Below are positions 1-8,631 of a stretch of 64,000 nt of DNA, in pieces. Positions within the stretch are counted from its first letter, which is position 1. Every line of letters starts with the position of its first letter. Below the pieces are notes generated by a model. That model had not been told where the DNA came from. It saw nothing but the letters and a program-made list of their open reading frames with translations, and made no database searches. Origin of the DNA: Terriglobia bacterium. Lineage in GTDB: Bacteria; Acidobacteriota; Terriglobia; Acidiferrales; UBA7541. The position numbers and the translations under genes were made by a program. The DNA is taken from assembly GCA_963695545.1 (NCBI GenBank), contig OY968796.1:512001-576000 (forward strand), written 5' to 3'.

Positions 1-218
1 CGCGAGGCCTTATCGTCGCTCAACATGCTGATCACGCACGTAGCGTCGCGCACGGCGTCGCGCGGCGTCGCGCCCACGCGCACACCGGATGAGCGCAGTC
101 CATCCGCGCGCGACGCCGTGCGATTCCAAACCGCCAGCGGAAATCCCGCCTGTGCCACGCGCCCCGCCATCCCCAATCCCATCGTCCCCAATCCCAAAAT
201 CGCCACGTGCTCGCTCAT
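1..218 (-). CDS. NAD(P)-dependent oxidoreductase, 3-hydroxyisobutyrate dehydrogenase family (5' part, runs off window)
   Basis: Manual translation MSEHVAILGLGTMGLGMAGRVAQAGFPLAVWNRT...CVISML: GLGxMG Rossmann motif and WNRT; GGAG SD upstream. Not in the ORF track. Confidence 0.85.
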   Translation of the reverse strand, partial: MSEHVAILGLGTMGLGMAGRVAQAGFPLAVWNRTASRADGLRSSGVRVGATPRDAVRDATCVISMLSDDKAS

Positions 219-408
219 CTCAATCGTCTCCCGCACATCCTCAAGATTATTTGCGTCGGCGCTCGCTCGCCGTTGCACTTAAACGCGCACCATAATCGCA
301 GCAATCGTAGCACGCGCGCCCGAGCGCGACGCAAACGCGCCCCGCATCTTCTGATTTCACACATTAAAATGAAGCGTGAGGTCTTGTTCTCGGCCGCGCT
401 GCGCTGTT

Positions 409-2535
409 TTATTTCGTCGCCGCGACCGTATCCGCCAGCACTTCGACGCCGTATGGCGCGAGATCGAGCGAATCCCCTTGCGTTCCGGCGAGCAGGAAAT
501 TCATCGCGTGCGGCAGTGTGACGTGCCGCGTCTCCGCCGCCCAATTAATCAAAATATAGAATTGCTTCCCGCCGCCGGAGCGCGGGCAGACTTCGATCCC
601 ATCCGGCACGGGCCCGAGCGCCGGCGTCACGCCGCTCTGCTGCGCCATCCACTGCGCCGCCGCCGTCATCAACGTGTTGTCGAGCACCGCGCCGATATAT
701 GTGATCGTGCCCTTGCCGACCGTGCGCGTGATCACCGCCGGCTGCCCATCGAGCCATCCATTGCTCTTGCCATAACGCATCAGCACTTGCGTATCCGGCG
801 CCGACGCGCTCAATTGCTCCGCCCACAGCGTCGCGTTTCCGTTGCCGAAACTCCCCGTCACCGGCACATCGTTCAAGAGCGCGTAATACTGCTCCACGCG
901 CCCGCCCAGCGCATCCACCAAATATCCCGGCTGCCGCTGCGTAAGCAGCGCGTTAAATTGATCCTTCATTCCCGAGCGCGGCCCGAGCACCAGATGCCCG
1001 CCGTTCTTCACGTAATCGAGCAAATGCTGCGCCATGTCCTGCGGCATCACGTTCAACCAAGGCGCCACCACCAATTTATATCCATCAAGGTCCGCGTAGG
1101 GATTCACCACGTCCACGCTTTGCGAAATCTGCCGCAGCGCGTGGTAATACCCGGTCATCACCACGATCGGATCGAAATCCGCATTGTGCCGCTGAAAATT
1201 CACAGCCCAGCGGCTGTCGTAGGACTGCAACAGCGCAACTTGCGACACCGGAGCGGTCCCCGCAAGTTGCGTGCCGATGGTCGCAAAATCCTTCCCGATT
1301 TCCGAGATCTCGTCGTAGAGCGGCACCGGCGTGCCGTCAGGCCCCACGATCGTGCCGTGATATTGCTCCTGCCCATTCAGCGCGCTGCGCCACTGCCAGT
1401 AACCCACCTCGTCCGCGCCGTGCCCCACGTCCTCCCAGGCCATCGCGCGCACTTCGCCGCGATTCAGAAAATTGTTGATGCGCGCCCAATTCACCGCGCC
1501 CGGCTGTGTTTCGATCACCCAGAAATTTCGGCGCTTGAATCCGCGCGTCAGATCGTGCGCCAGTCCTTTTGCATCCACATCCACGTGCCCTTCGCCCACG
1601 TAGTTGTCCCACGCCGCGAGCGTTAGCGGCACGCTCATGATGTAATGATCGAAGCCGTCGAAAAATCCCATGAAATTCGTGGTGATGAATTGCCGCGGAT
1701 CGGAGTGCGCGCGAATCGCGTCGATCTGCGCTCGCTGGAAAATGTCCCATTCGGCCGTGGCGAAACGGTTCCAATCGAGCCGCAGCCCCGGATTCTCATT
1801 CCCGATCGGCAGCGGAACTTCCGACCACTGATCGTACGTCTGGCTCCAATACGAAGTCGTCCAGTGATCGTTCAAGCTCTCGAGCGTTTTGTATTTCGCT
1901 TCGAGCCAGGCGTGGAATTTCTCGCGCGTCACATCGTCATAGGAAATCGAATGGTAGCCGCCGTATTCATTGTCGATCTGCCAGCCCACCACATCGGCGT
2001 TGTGGCCATAGTGCAGCGCCATCTGCTCCGCCATCTCGCGCGAGAACCGAATGTAAACTGGCGACGTCACCGATCCCTGCGCGCGCGTCCCGTGCGTCAT
2101 CTTCTGCCCGTCTTCGAGCGTGCGCAGCGTCTCCGGATATTTCGTCGTCAGCCACGCCGGCGGCGCCGCCGATGGCGTGCCCAGCACCACCCAAATGTGA
2201 TGCGCCGCTGCCGCCGCGATCGCGCGATCCAGCCAGCCGAATTCGTAGTGCCCCTCCGACGGCTCCATCGTGCTCCACGCAAATTCCGTGATGCGCACCA
2301 CGTGAATGTGCGCCGCTTCCATCAACTGCAAATCCGCGTCCCAGCGCGATTCCGGCCATTGTTCCGGATACCAATCCGTCCCCAGCAGCAGCGGCATCGC
2401 GCCCACGGCCTTAACCGCAGCCGCGTCCGTGTCGCTCGCGGCCATTGGCGATTGCTGAGCGCCGCTAACGCCCTTCGCAAATAGCGCGACGCAGCACACA
2501 CCTACAAAACAAAACATTCGGCGAAGAAACAACAC
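409..2535 (-). CDS. Beta-galactosidase, GH42, with N-terminal signal-like segment
   Basis: Motifs GTDWYPEQWP, EFAWSTMEP, WQIDNEYG, ETQPG, QEQYHG. Start placed at GTG 2535 after GGGAGG; the ORF-track extension to 2937 overlaps the antitoxin. Confidence 0.9.
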   Translation of the reverse strand: MLFLRRMFCFVGVCCVALFAKGVSGAQQSPMAASDTDAAAVKAVGAMPLLLGTDWYPEQWPESRWDADLQLMEAAHIHVVRITEFAWSTMEPSEGHYEFGWLDRAIAAAAAHHIWVVLGTPSAAPPAWLTTKYPETLRTLEDGQKMTHGTRAQGSVTSPVYIRFSREMAEQMALHYGHNADVVGWQIDNEYGGYHSISYDDVTREKFHAWLEAKYKTLESLNDHWTTSYWSQTYDQWSEVPLPIGNENPGLRLDWNRFATAEWDIFQRAQIDAIRAHSDPRQFITTNFMGFFDGFDHYIMSVPLTLAAWDNYVGEGHVDVDAKGLAHDLTRGFKRRNFWVIETQPGAVNWARINNFLNRGEVRAMAWEDVGHGADEVGYWQWRSALNGQEQYHGTIVGPDGTPVPLYDEISEIGKDFATIGTQLAGTAPVSQVALLQSYDSRWAVNFQRHNADFDPIVVMTGYYHALRQISQSVDVVNPYADLDGYKLVVAPWLNVMPQDMAQHLLDYVKNGGHLVLGPRSGMKDQFNALLTQRQPGYLVDALGGRVEQYYALLNDVPVTGSFGNGNATLWAEQLSASAPDTQVLMRYGKSNGWLDGQPAVITRTVGKGTITYIGAVLDNTLMTAAAQWMAQQSGVTPALGPVPDGIEVCPRSGGGKQFYILINWAAETRHVTLPHAMNFLLAGTQGDSLDLAPYGVEVLADTVAATK

Positions 2536-2732
2536 AGAACCCTCCCGCGGCAGCGCCACGAATCCAGTCGGCGCGAGTGCGACTACATCACTCCGCCCAC
2601 CGCTTGTCAACAAACCGGCGACAACATCGTCGAGCGACTCGCTCCCGACGCGACCCATCGCAGGCCGCGCGCGGAGGCCGGCACACCCTTGAATTTGCGA
2701 GAATATTTTCCGCCTGAGCCCGGATTCCGGGA

Positions 2733-3056
2733 CTACGCTCGCCGAGCCTTCACGTCCGCCACGCGAATGATAACGCGCTTTCCAAGCGCCTTGGCTGCCC
2801 GAGTGATTGTGTCGAGAGTTACGGAAACGTTCCGAGGATCCAGCAGGCGATCCAGTTGCGACCGGCTCGTGCGAAGCTGCCTTGCCATGGCCTGCTTGGT
2901 TTTTTGTTGCGCTCGCATGGCTTGCGATAACTGCCAAGCCAGCACCCGCTTGATAGCGACGGCCTCGACTTCCTCGCGGATCCCTTCCTCTTCGAGAAAA
3001 CTGTCGAATGTCGAACCACTGTGAGTCGTTCTCTTACGATCCTTCCGAGCGCTCAT
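2733..3056 (-). CDS. XRE/HigA-like HTH antitoxin
   Basis: HSGSTFDSFLEEEGI...MARQLRTSRSQLDRLLDPRN...TLDTI HTH pattern; 4-nt overlap with the upstream toxin gene. Confidence 0.85.
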   Translation of the reverse strand: MSARKDRKRTTHSGSTFDSFLEEEGIREEVEAVAIKRVLAWQLSQAMRAQQKTKQAMARQLRTSRSQLDRLLDPRNVSVTLDTITRAAKALGKRVIIRVADVKARRA

Positions 3057-3469
3057 GGCAGTCCCCTTTGATGCTTCTTCTTGTTGGCTCTTGCCTGCTC
3101 TAAGTCTTCGTCCGGGGTCTTCTGTGTCTTCTTGATGAATCCGTGCAGCAAGACCATCCGGTCTTTCTTGTCGATATAGAAAAGGACCCGCGCAATCCGA
3201 TTTTGCATGAGCCTGGTCCGCACTTCATAAATGCCTTCGCCCAACGGTCTGCATGCGGGCATCCCCACCGGCCAGCCGAACTCGACCGCCTTGATATCCT
3301 CGCCAATCCGCTTCCGATCCTCGACCGAGGGAAGCCCCCTCAGCCAATCCCGCAGCGGCTCGCCGCCCGCCCCAGTCCGAAAAAAGATCGCAGGAACCCG
3401 TTTCCCTTGCTTTGCAAGCGTTTCTGTCCAGGCGCCCGTCTCCGCCGGAGATCTGGGTTTCCTGCCCAT
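3053..3469 (-). CDS. RelE/HigB-like (Gp49/DUF891-type) toxin
   Basis: GWPVGMPACRPLGEGIYEVR...RVLF...VLLHGFIKKTQKTP signature; start taken as ATG 3469, 6 nt after TG-n-TACGCT (likely leaderless). Confidence 0.88.
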   Translation of the reverse strand: MGRKPRSPAETGAWTETLAKQGKRVPAIFFRTGAGGEPLRDWLRGLPSVEDRKRIGEDIKAVEFGWPVGMPACRPLGEGIYEVRTRLMQNRIARVLFYIDKKDRMVLLHGFIKKTQKTPDEDLEQARANKKKHQRGLP

Positions 3470-3478
3470 ATAACAAGC

Positions 3479-3494
3479 GTACCACATACGGTAC
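3479..3494. promoter_or_regulatory. Putative TA autoregulatory operator
   Basis: GTACC-N6-GGTAC inverted repeat overlapping the predicted -10 of the toxin gene. Confidence 0.5.
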
Positions 3495-3645
3495 ACCTTG
3501 CGCGTGAAGTTCCCTTGCCGGATGTCTCATTCTTGCGCGCGGAGCAAGAGCGGGGATTTTTCCAGCCGCCATCGCCGCGAACGCCCGCGGCTCCCCCTCA
3601 GGTAGGCGCGCATCTCGTTGTCCGAACTGGACTTCGCCTCCCGCC

Positions 3646-4060
3646 ATTCGAAAGAATTCCCACAGCCTATTCGAATAACCCACACGTTATTGTTGACATA
3701 AGCGGCATAGACATGCTATCGTTGTACATGAATTTCAGGGGCCCACATTCGCCCTCGTTTTTCCCACCGGCATCCCCAGAGAAACTCGCGCGCACGAATT
3801 TTCGATGTGCACTGCCCGAGCCTCTCTCCGCCCGTCGTGCATGGCCTTCCCACCATAATCGGATCGTTGCGACCGATGCGCATTCACTGCTGCCAAACCC
3901 CCTCTCCAAACCTTTTATTTTCAGCGAATTAAAAAAGAGTGCGCATCTCGCTCATAATAAACATCTTTATCACCTTTTCTTTTCACACTCATCCGCACTC
4001 TTTCGCCGCAAGTCCTGTATTTGCCGCACTTACGCAAAACATACCCGGGGTGTATATACT
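3646..4060 (+). repeat. Dispersed promoter/leader/repeat element, copy A
   Basis: TTCGAA 3647 and 3670; TTGACA 3693-3698, N18, TATCGT 3717-3722, N5, ATG 3728; stem AAAGAGTGCG 3934-3943 / CGCACTCTTT 3994-4003; AAGT-N14-ACTT 4010-4031; CCCGGGGTGTATATA end. A 24-bp block is identical to 43218-43241. Confidence 0.85.
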
Positions 4061-4288
4061 CGTTTTGTCCTCAATCCGTCCGCCGACCACCGCCAAAACG
4101 CCGAAGGCCCGCAAAATCAGCGAGTTCGCGCAATTTTGAATGAAACACATCGGAATCTTGCGGGCTCGGCCGAGTGCATCGCCCGCGCGCTGAGTGCTAG
4201 CATGGATTGTGGAGGAAAGTCTTCCGATGCCACGACGCCGGCTAGACAACACTCGAACAATGCCAGGATTAGGACCTGGCGGTTATGA
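3728..4288 (+). CDS. Putative leaderless leader ORF inside element copy A (186 aa, may not be a functional protein)
   Basis: Open from ATG 3728 to TGA 4288, which overlaps the HAD gene start (ATGA); shares SKPFIFS-x-L-x-KSA with the copy C ORF. Confidence 0.3.
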   Translation: MNFRGPHSPSFFPPASPEKLARTNFRCALPEPLSARRAWPSHHNRIVATDAHSLLPNPLSKPFIFSELKKSAHLAHNKHLYHLFFSHSSALFRRKSCICRTYAKHTRGVYTRFVLNPSADHRQNAEGPQNQRVRAILNETHRNLAGSAECIARALSASMDCGGKSSDATTPARQHSNNARIRTWRL

Positions 4289-5112
4289 CCAACGGATACC
4301 TGATCGATATGGACGGCGTGATCTACCGCGGCTCGGAAGCCATCCCGGGCGCCGCGGATTTCATTCGCTATTTGCAGCTTGAAGATATTCCCTACCTGTT
4401 TCTCACCAACAATTCCAGCTACATGCCCCTCGATGTGGTTCACAAGCTGCGCAAATTTCACATCGAGACGTCCGAACATCACGTCTACACCTCCGCCCTG
4501 GCCACCGCCGATTTCGTGCACAAGCAGCGGCCGCACGGCACGGCCTTCGTCATCGGCGAAGGCGGCTTGCTCAAGGCCCTGAACGACGTCGGCTACGCCA
4601 TCAGCCGCGAAAATCCCGATTACGTGATCGTTGGCGAAGGCCGCACCCTGAATTTTGAGCTCGTCGAACAGGCGCATCGCATGATCGCCCGCGGCGCGAA
4701 ACTTCTTTCCACCAATTCAGACACCTGGTGCCCCACCGACTCCGGACCGCGCCCCGGCTGCGGCGCCATCGTTGCGCTGCTCGAATCCGCCTCGGGCGAA
4801 AAGGCCTATCACGTCGGCAAGCCGAATCCCTTCATGATGCGCGCCGCGCGAAAACGCATCGGTCTGCGCACTGAAGAAGTCACCATGATCGGCGACACCA
4901 TGGAAACCGATATTCGCGGCGCCACCGATCTCGGCTTCCAAAGCATCCTCGTGCTCACCGGCTCCAGCACGCGCGACACGCTGAAGTCCTATCCCTTCAC
5001 GCCAACCCGCGTCGTCGAATCGATCGCGGAGCTGTTGCCGCCGGCGTCGCGTTCCCTTGTCGCCGAGCTCAGCATCGCGTTCGATGTCCGCCGCGGCGCT
5101 CAACTCGAATAA
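4285..5112 (+). CDS. nagD: HAD-IIA hydrolase, NagD family
   Basis: YLIDMDGVIY, FLTNNS, GKPNPFMM, MIGDTMETDI, LVLTG motifs. Confidence 0.88.
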   Translation: MTNGYLIDMDGVIYRGSEAIPGAADFIRYLQLEDIPYLFLTNNSSYMPLDVVHKLRKFHIETSEHHVYTSALATADFVHKQRPHGTAFVIGEGGLLKALNDVGYAISRENPDYVIVGEGRTLNFELVEQAHRMIARGAKLLSTNSDTWCPTDSGPRPGCGAIVALLESASGEKAYHVGKPNPFMMRAARKRIGLRTEEVTMIGDTMETDIRGATDLGFQSILVLTGSSTRDTLKSYPFTPTRVVESIAELLPPASRSLVAELSIAFDVRRGAQLE

Positions 5113-5177
5113 ACGTTCGGCGCGCCGGCCGAATCTTGCGGCTTTTCTCCGGTGCGCAACGGTGAGAGAATTCGCGC

Positions 5178-6461
5178 GTGCAACCCCGCGCCACGTTCGC
5201 GCTTGCGCTCGCCGCGATTTCGATTCTCGCGGTCGAAGCGCCTCTTTCTCTTCGCGCGCAGAGCGCAACGGCAATGTCGCCTGCGCCGTCCGCCGCCGTC
5301 GCACAACCAGCGGCGATTGGGCCGCGCGTCTTCCGCACACCGCCTGCGACGCTCGCCGCGCTGCGCGAGCGCATCGCCGCCGGAAATTTCAGCGATCCCG
5401 CGCTCGATCAATTGCGCGCCGACGCCGATCGCGCGCTCGCCCAAGCGCCGCTCTCCGTCATCGACAAGCAGATCGCTCCGCCCAGCGGCGACAAACACGA
5501 TTACATGACCCTCGCTCCCTACTGGTGGCCCGATCCCTCGAAGCCCGACGGCCTGCCCTACATTCGCCGCGACGGCCAAACCAATCCAGAGATCCACAAA
5601 ATTCCCGATCATCAGAGTTTCGATACTCTAACTTCCTCCGCTTACGATCTCGCGCTCGCCTACTACTTGTTTCGCGACGAATCCTACGCCACGCACGCCG
5701 AACTCCTCCTGCGCGCGTGGTTCCTCGATCCCGCCACGCGCATGAATCCGAATCTGCAATATGCGCAAGCCGTTCGTGGCGTCAACGAAGGCCGCGGCAC
5801 CGGCCTGATCGAAACGCGCGATTTGGGCCGCGTTTGCGACGCCGTCGGTCTTCTGGCCGGATCGAAAGCCTGGACCGCTGCCGACGATTCCGGCCTGCAC
5901 GATTGGTTCGCGAAATTTCTCGATTGGATGCGCACAAGCCAGAACGGCAAGGACGAAGCCGCGGCCACCAACAATCACGGCACGTATTACGACGTGCAGG
6001 TCACCACATTCGCGCTGTTCGTTGGCGACACCGACTTTGCGAAACAAGTATTGAGCGACGCGCGCACCAAACGCATCGCTGTGCAAATTTCATCCGACGG
6101 CAAGCAGCCGCTCGAACTCGTGCGCACCAAATCGCTCGGCTACAGCACCATGAATTTGACCGGACTCTTCGAGCTTGCGCGCCTCGGCGATCGCGCCGGC
6201 GTCGATCTCTGGACGTACGAATCGCCCCAAGGCGGCAGCATCCGCAAAGCGCTCGATTATCTGCTGCCCTTCGTCGACGGCGACAAGAAGTGGCCCGATG
6301 CGCAAATTATAGATTTCGACGCGCACGAATTCACGCCGCTGCTGCTGATCGCCAGCGAAAAATACGGCGACCCTCATTATCGGGAAGTGGCATTGAAGAT
6401 CGATCCCGGCGTCGTTCGCGACGTCGACGCTTTCCTGGTTTCTTGGAAGCCCGCGCCGTAA
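5178..6461 (+). CDS. Secreted alginate lyase-family protein
   Basis: Signal peptide; PPSGDKHDYMTLAPYWWPDP, YIRRDG, MNPNLQYAQ, NNHGTYY, QPLELVRTKSLGYS motifs. Confidence 0.85.
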   Translation: MQPRATFALALAAISILAVEAPLSLRAQSATAMSPAPSAAVAQPAAIGPRVFRTPPATLAALRERIAAGNFSDPALDQLRADADRALAQAPLSVIDKQIAPPSGDKHDYMTLAPYWWPDPSKPDGLPYIRRDGQTNPEIHKIPDHQSFDTLTSSAYDLALAYYLFRDESYATHAELLLRAWFLDPATRMNPNLQYAQAVRGVNEGRGTGLIETRDLGRVCDAVGLLAGSKAWTAADDSGLHDWFAKFLDWMRTSQNGKDEAAATNNHGTYYDVQVTTFALFVGDTDFAKQVLSDARTKRIAVQISSDGKQPLELVRTKSLGYSTMNLTGLFELARLGDRAGVDLWTYESPQGGSIRKALDYLLPFVDGDKKWPDAQIIDFDAHEFTPLLLIASEKYGDPHYREVALKIDPGVVRDVDAFLVSWKPAP

Positions 6462-6532
6462 TCCCGTTCGCGCGTTCCGCAATTTCGCTTCGCGCCGGCA
6501 ACGGCCCACCCGATTGCGGACGCTCAGATTTC

Positions 6533-7891
6533 TCAGGACGCGTGCGGCCCCGTTTGCTGCAAGCGGCCGGCGGGCCCAGGATTCCGGTGATCCCGGCCTT
6601 TCATCGCATACAGCGCCACATCCGCCGCGGCCAACAAACTCTCGATCGTCTCGCCGTTTTTCGGATAACTGGCAACGCCCGTGCTGACGGAAAGTTTGGG
6701 ATCTCCGCCATCGTTTGCAAAACTGTGGCGAATGCGTTCGGCCACAAGCGTCGCCGCTTCGGCCTCGGTTTCCGGCAGCACCAGCGCAAACTCATCGCCG
6801 CCGAAGCGCGCCGCCGTGTCGATGTCGCGGCAGCCAATCGACAGCGCATCGGCCAGGCGGCACAGCGCGTGGCTGCCGGTCAGATGACCGTAACGGTCAT
6901 TGATTTTTTTCAAATGGTCGAGATCGAAAAGCAGCAGCGCGAACTCGCGCCGCGTGCGCCGCGACCTCTTGATCTCGCTGTCGAGCACGTCGACAAGTTG
7001 CCGGTAATTCGCGAGTCCCGTCAGAGAATCCTTGGCCGCCTGCTGGCGCAAGTGGCTTTCGAGCTCGCGCTGCTTGGTCACGTCCTCGACGATGATCTCG
7101 AATCCGTCTTTCTTGCGTTGCGCGCCTTTCACCTCGCGGCCGCTCAGCCGCACCTTCAGCGGCGTGCCGTCTTTTTTCGCCCAGTCGATTTCCAGAACGT
7201 CCGGCTGGTCTTCTTCCCCGTAGTGCCCGAGCAATTGTTTGCGCTTGGCCGGATCGCCGATGACTTCTCGCGTCAAATTCACGCTGAGCAGTTCTTCTCT
7301 TGTCGAATAGCCAAGCATGGTGATCAGCGCCTGATTGACGTCCAGAAATCCGCCGTCCGAATTGCAGCGGCACATTCCGTAAGTCAGGTTCCCGACCAGC
7401 GCGCGGTAGTGAGCTTCGGAGTGGCGCAGTTTTTTTTCCGCGCGATCGCGCTGCCCGCGCAATTCTTTTTCGCCCAGCGCGCGTCGAATCGCGATCGGCA
7501 AATGGCTGGCATTTTCAATCTCGATGCACTCCGCCACGCCTGCCGTCACAAGCTCTGCCACCTGCTCGCGTCCCAGCGTTTCCGTCAGGTAGATCACCGG
7601 GATTCGCCCTTCCTTGCCCTCGAACGATTCGTGCATCTGTGTGTCCCACCAACCGGGAACTGGGTACCTCGCCAGAATCACGTCGTAGTTATTGGCGTCC
7701 ATCTTTTCGGCAAATTGCTTCGCGCTCGCGACCATCTCGGATTTAATTTCAGATTGCGTGTGCTTCAATTCGTTCAAGCAGCGCGCGACCTCCGCGGCAT
7801 CGTCGTCCACAAAAAGCAGGCGCAGCACGGGCTGCCGCAGCAGAGCCTTGCCTCTTTTCGAGGCGATTCGCTGCCTTCCTTTCAACGCCAT
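6533..7891 (-). CDS. Atypical REC-PAS-GGDEF cyclase with Hypr-type Ser (GHLTGS)
   Basis: LLFVDDD receiver with no obvious phospho-Asp, PAS segment, DSLTGL, RDID I-site, RFGGDEF. Start uncertain (7891-7936). Confidence 0.88.
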   Translation of the reverse strand: MALKGRQRIASKRGKALLRQPVLRLLFVDDDAAEVARCLNELKHTQSEIKSEMVASAKQFAEKMDANNYDVILARYPVPGWWDTQMHESFEGKEGRIPVIYLTETLGREQVAELVTAGVAECIEIENASHLPIAIRRALGEKELRGQRDRAEKKLRHSEAHYRALVGNLTYGMCRCNSDGGFLDVNQALITMLGYSTREELLSVNLTREVIGDPAKRKQLLGHYGEEDQPDVLEIDWAKKDGTPLKVRLSGREVKGAQRKKDGFEIIVEDVTKQRELESHLRQQAAKDSLTGLANYRQLVDVLDSEIKRSRRTRREFALLLFDLDHLKKINDRYGHLTGSHALCRLADALSIGCRDIDTAARFGGDEFALVLPETEAEAATLVAERIRHSFANDGGDPKLSVSTGVASYPKNGETIESLLAAADVALYAMKGRDHRNPGPAGRLQQTGPHAS

Positions 7892-8393
7892 GCGCGCGTT
7901 TGCACTCGACATTATGGGCGCGGGGCGAACCAACACTTTCGCGGCGAGTTGCTCTCGCAGAACTACGAAGTGCTACGTATCGCCACCAGTATCAGAGTAG
8001 TATGTGCGTCGCTGTGCGATAGAACTTTTTTGGAGGGCGTTTCAGAGTGAAACAGTGGAGTTTTGCCGCGGAACTACGCTAATGCCATCGAACGCGAAAC
8101 ACTCGAAGAACCGCTCTTCCGTCAAGCCGTCCGGCGCAGAAAACCTCCCGGCTATTTCTAAGCGCCATTCTGACGCCGGGGGCCGGTACGGTCGTTCGTC
8201 GCCACAAAGCGGGCTGCGTCTTGCTCTTGCCCCGATAAGCTTGGGAGTGGGGTGCCCGCTCGGGGACTGTTCGACGCCATACGCACCGGCGCCCAGCATC
8301 AAGGCTATATTTGACAATAGAGCCAAACCCGAAAACTGTTCTTTTTCGCACACCCTGCGAAAATCGCGGCATGCTGCCAAAATGAAGGAAAAT

Positions 8394-8481
8394 TGGTGCC
8401 CGGGGTGGGGGTCGAACCCACACGACGCGTTAGCGTCAGGGGATTTTAAGTCCCCCGCGTATGCCATTCCGCCACCCGGGC
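8394..8481 (-). tRNA. tRNA-Leu, anticodon TAA
   Basis: GCCCGGGTGGCGGAATGGCATACGCG-GGGGA-CTTAAAA-TCCCC-long variable arm-GTGGGTTCGACCCCCAC-CCCGGGC-ACCA; acceptor stem, T loop and encoded CCA present. Confidence 0.97.
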
Positions 8482-8631
8482 TGTGCACAAACAACCGTAT
8501 ACTAATGAACGAGTTGCTTACAAGACTGGCATCTCGGCGCGTGTCGCGTTCTTGACGCTAACGCCTGACGGCGCGACGCCGCGGCTCCGGCGCGGGCCCC
8601 AGCCGCCGGCCGCCAGCAACTTGGGTCCGCC

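Noticed and set aside
2536..2937. N-terminal extension of the 842-aa GH42 ORF
   Set aside because: It overlaps the antitoxin in another frame and has no GH42 character; a good SD and GTG exist at 2535.
5057..8050. 997-aa plus-strand ORF and similar long ORFs (376-1626, 14798-16537, 20452-21828, 55341-56987, 60773-62092)
   Set aside because: Arg/Ala-rich shadow frames overlapping well-supported genes, as expected in GC-rich DNA.
8394..8481. tRNA-Leu as the attachment site of an integrated island
   Set aside because: No integrase nearby, and I found no duplicate of the tRNA 3' end in the window.
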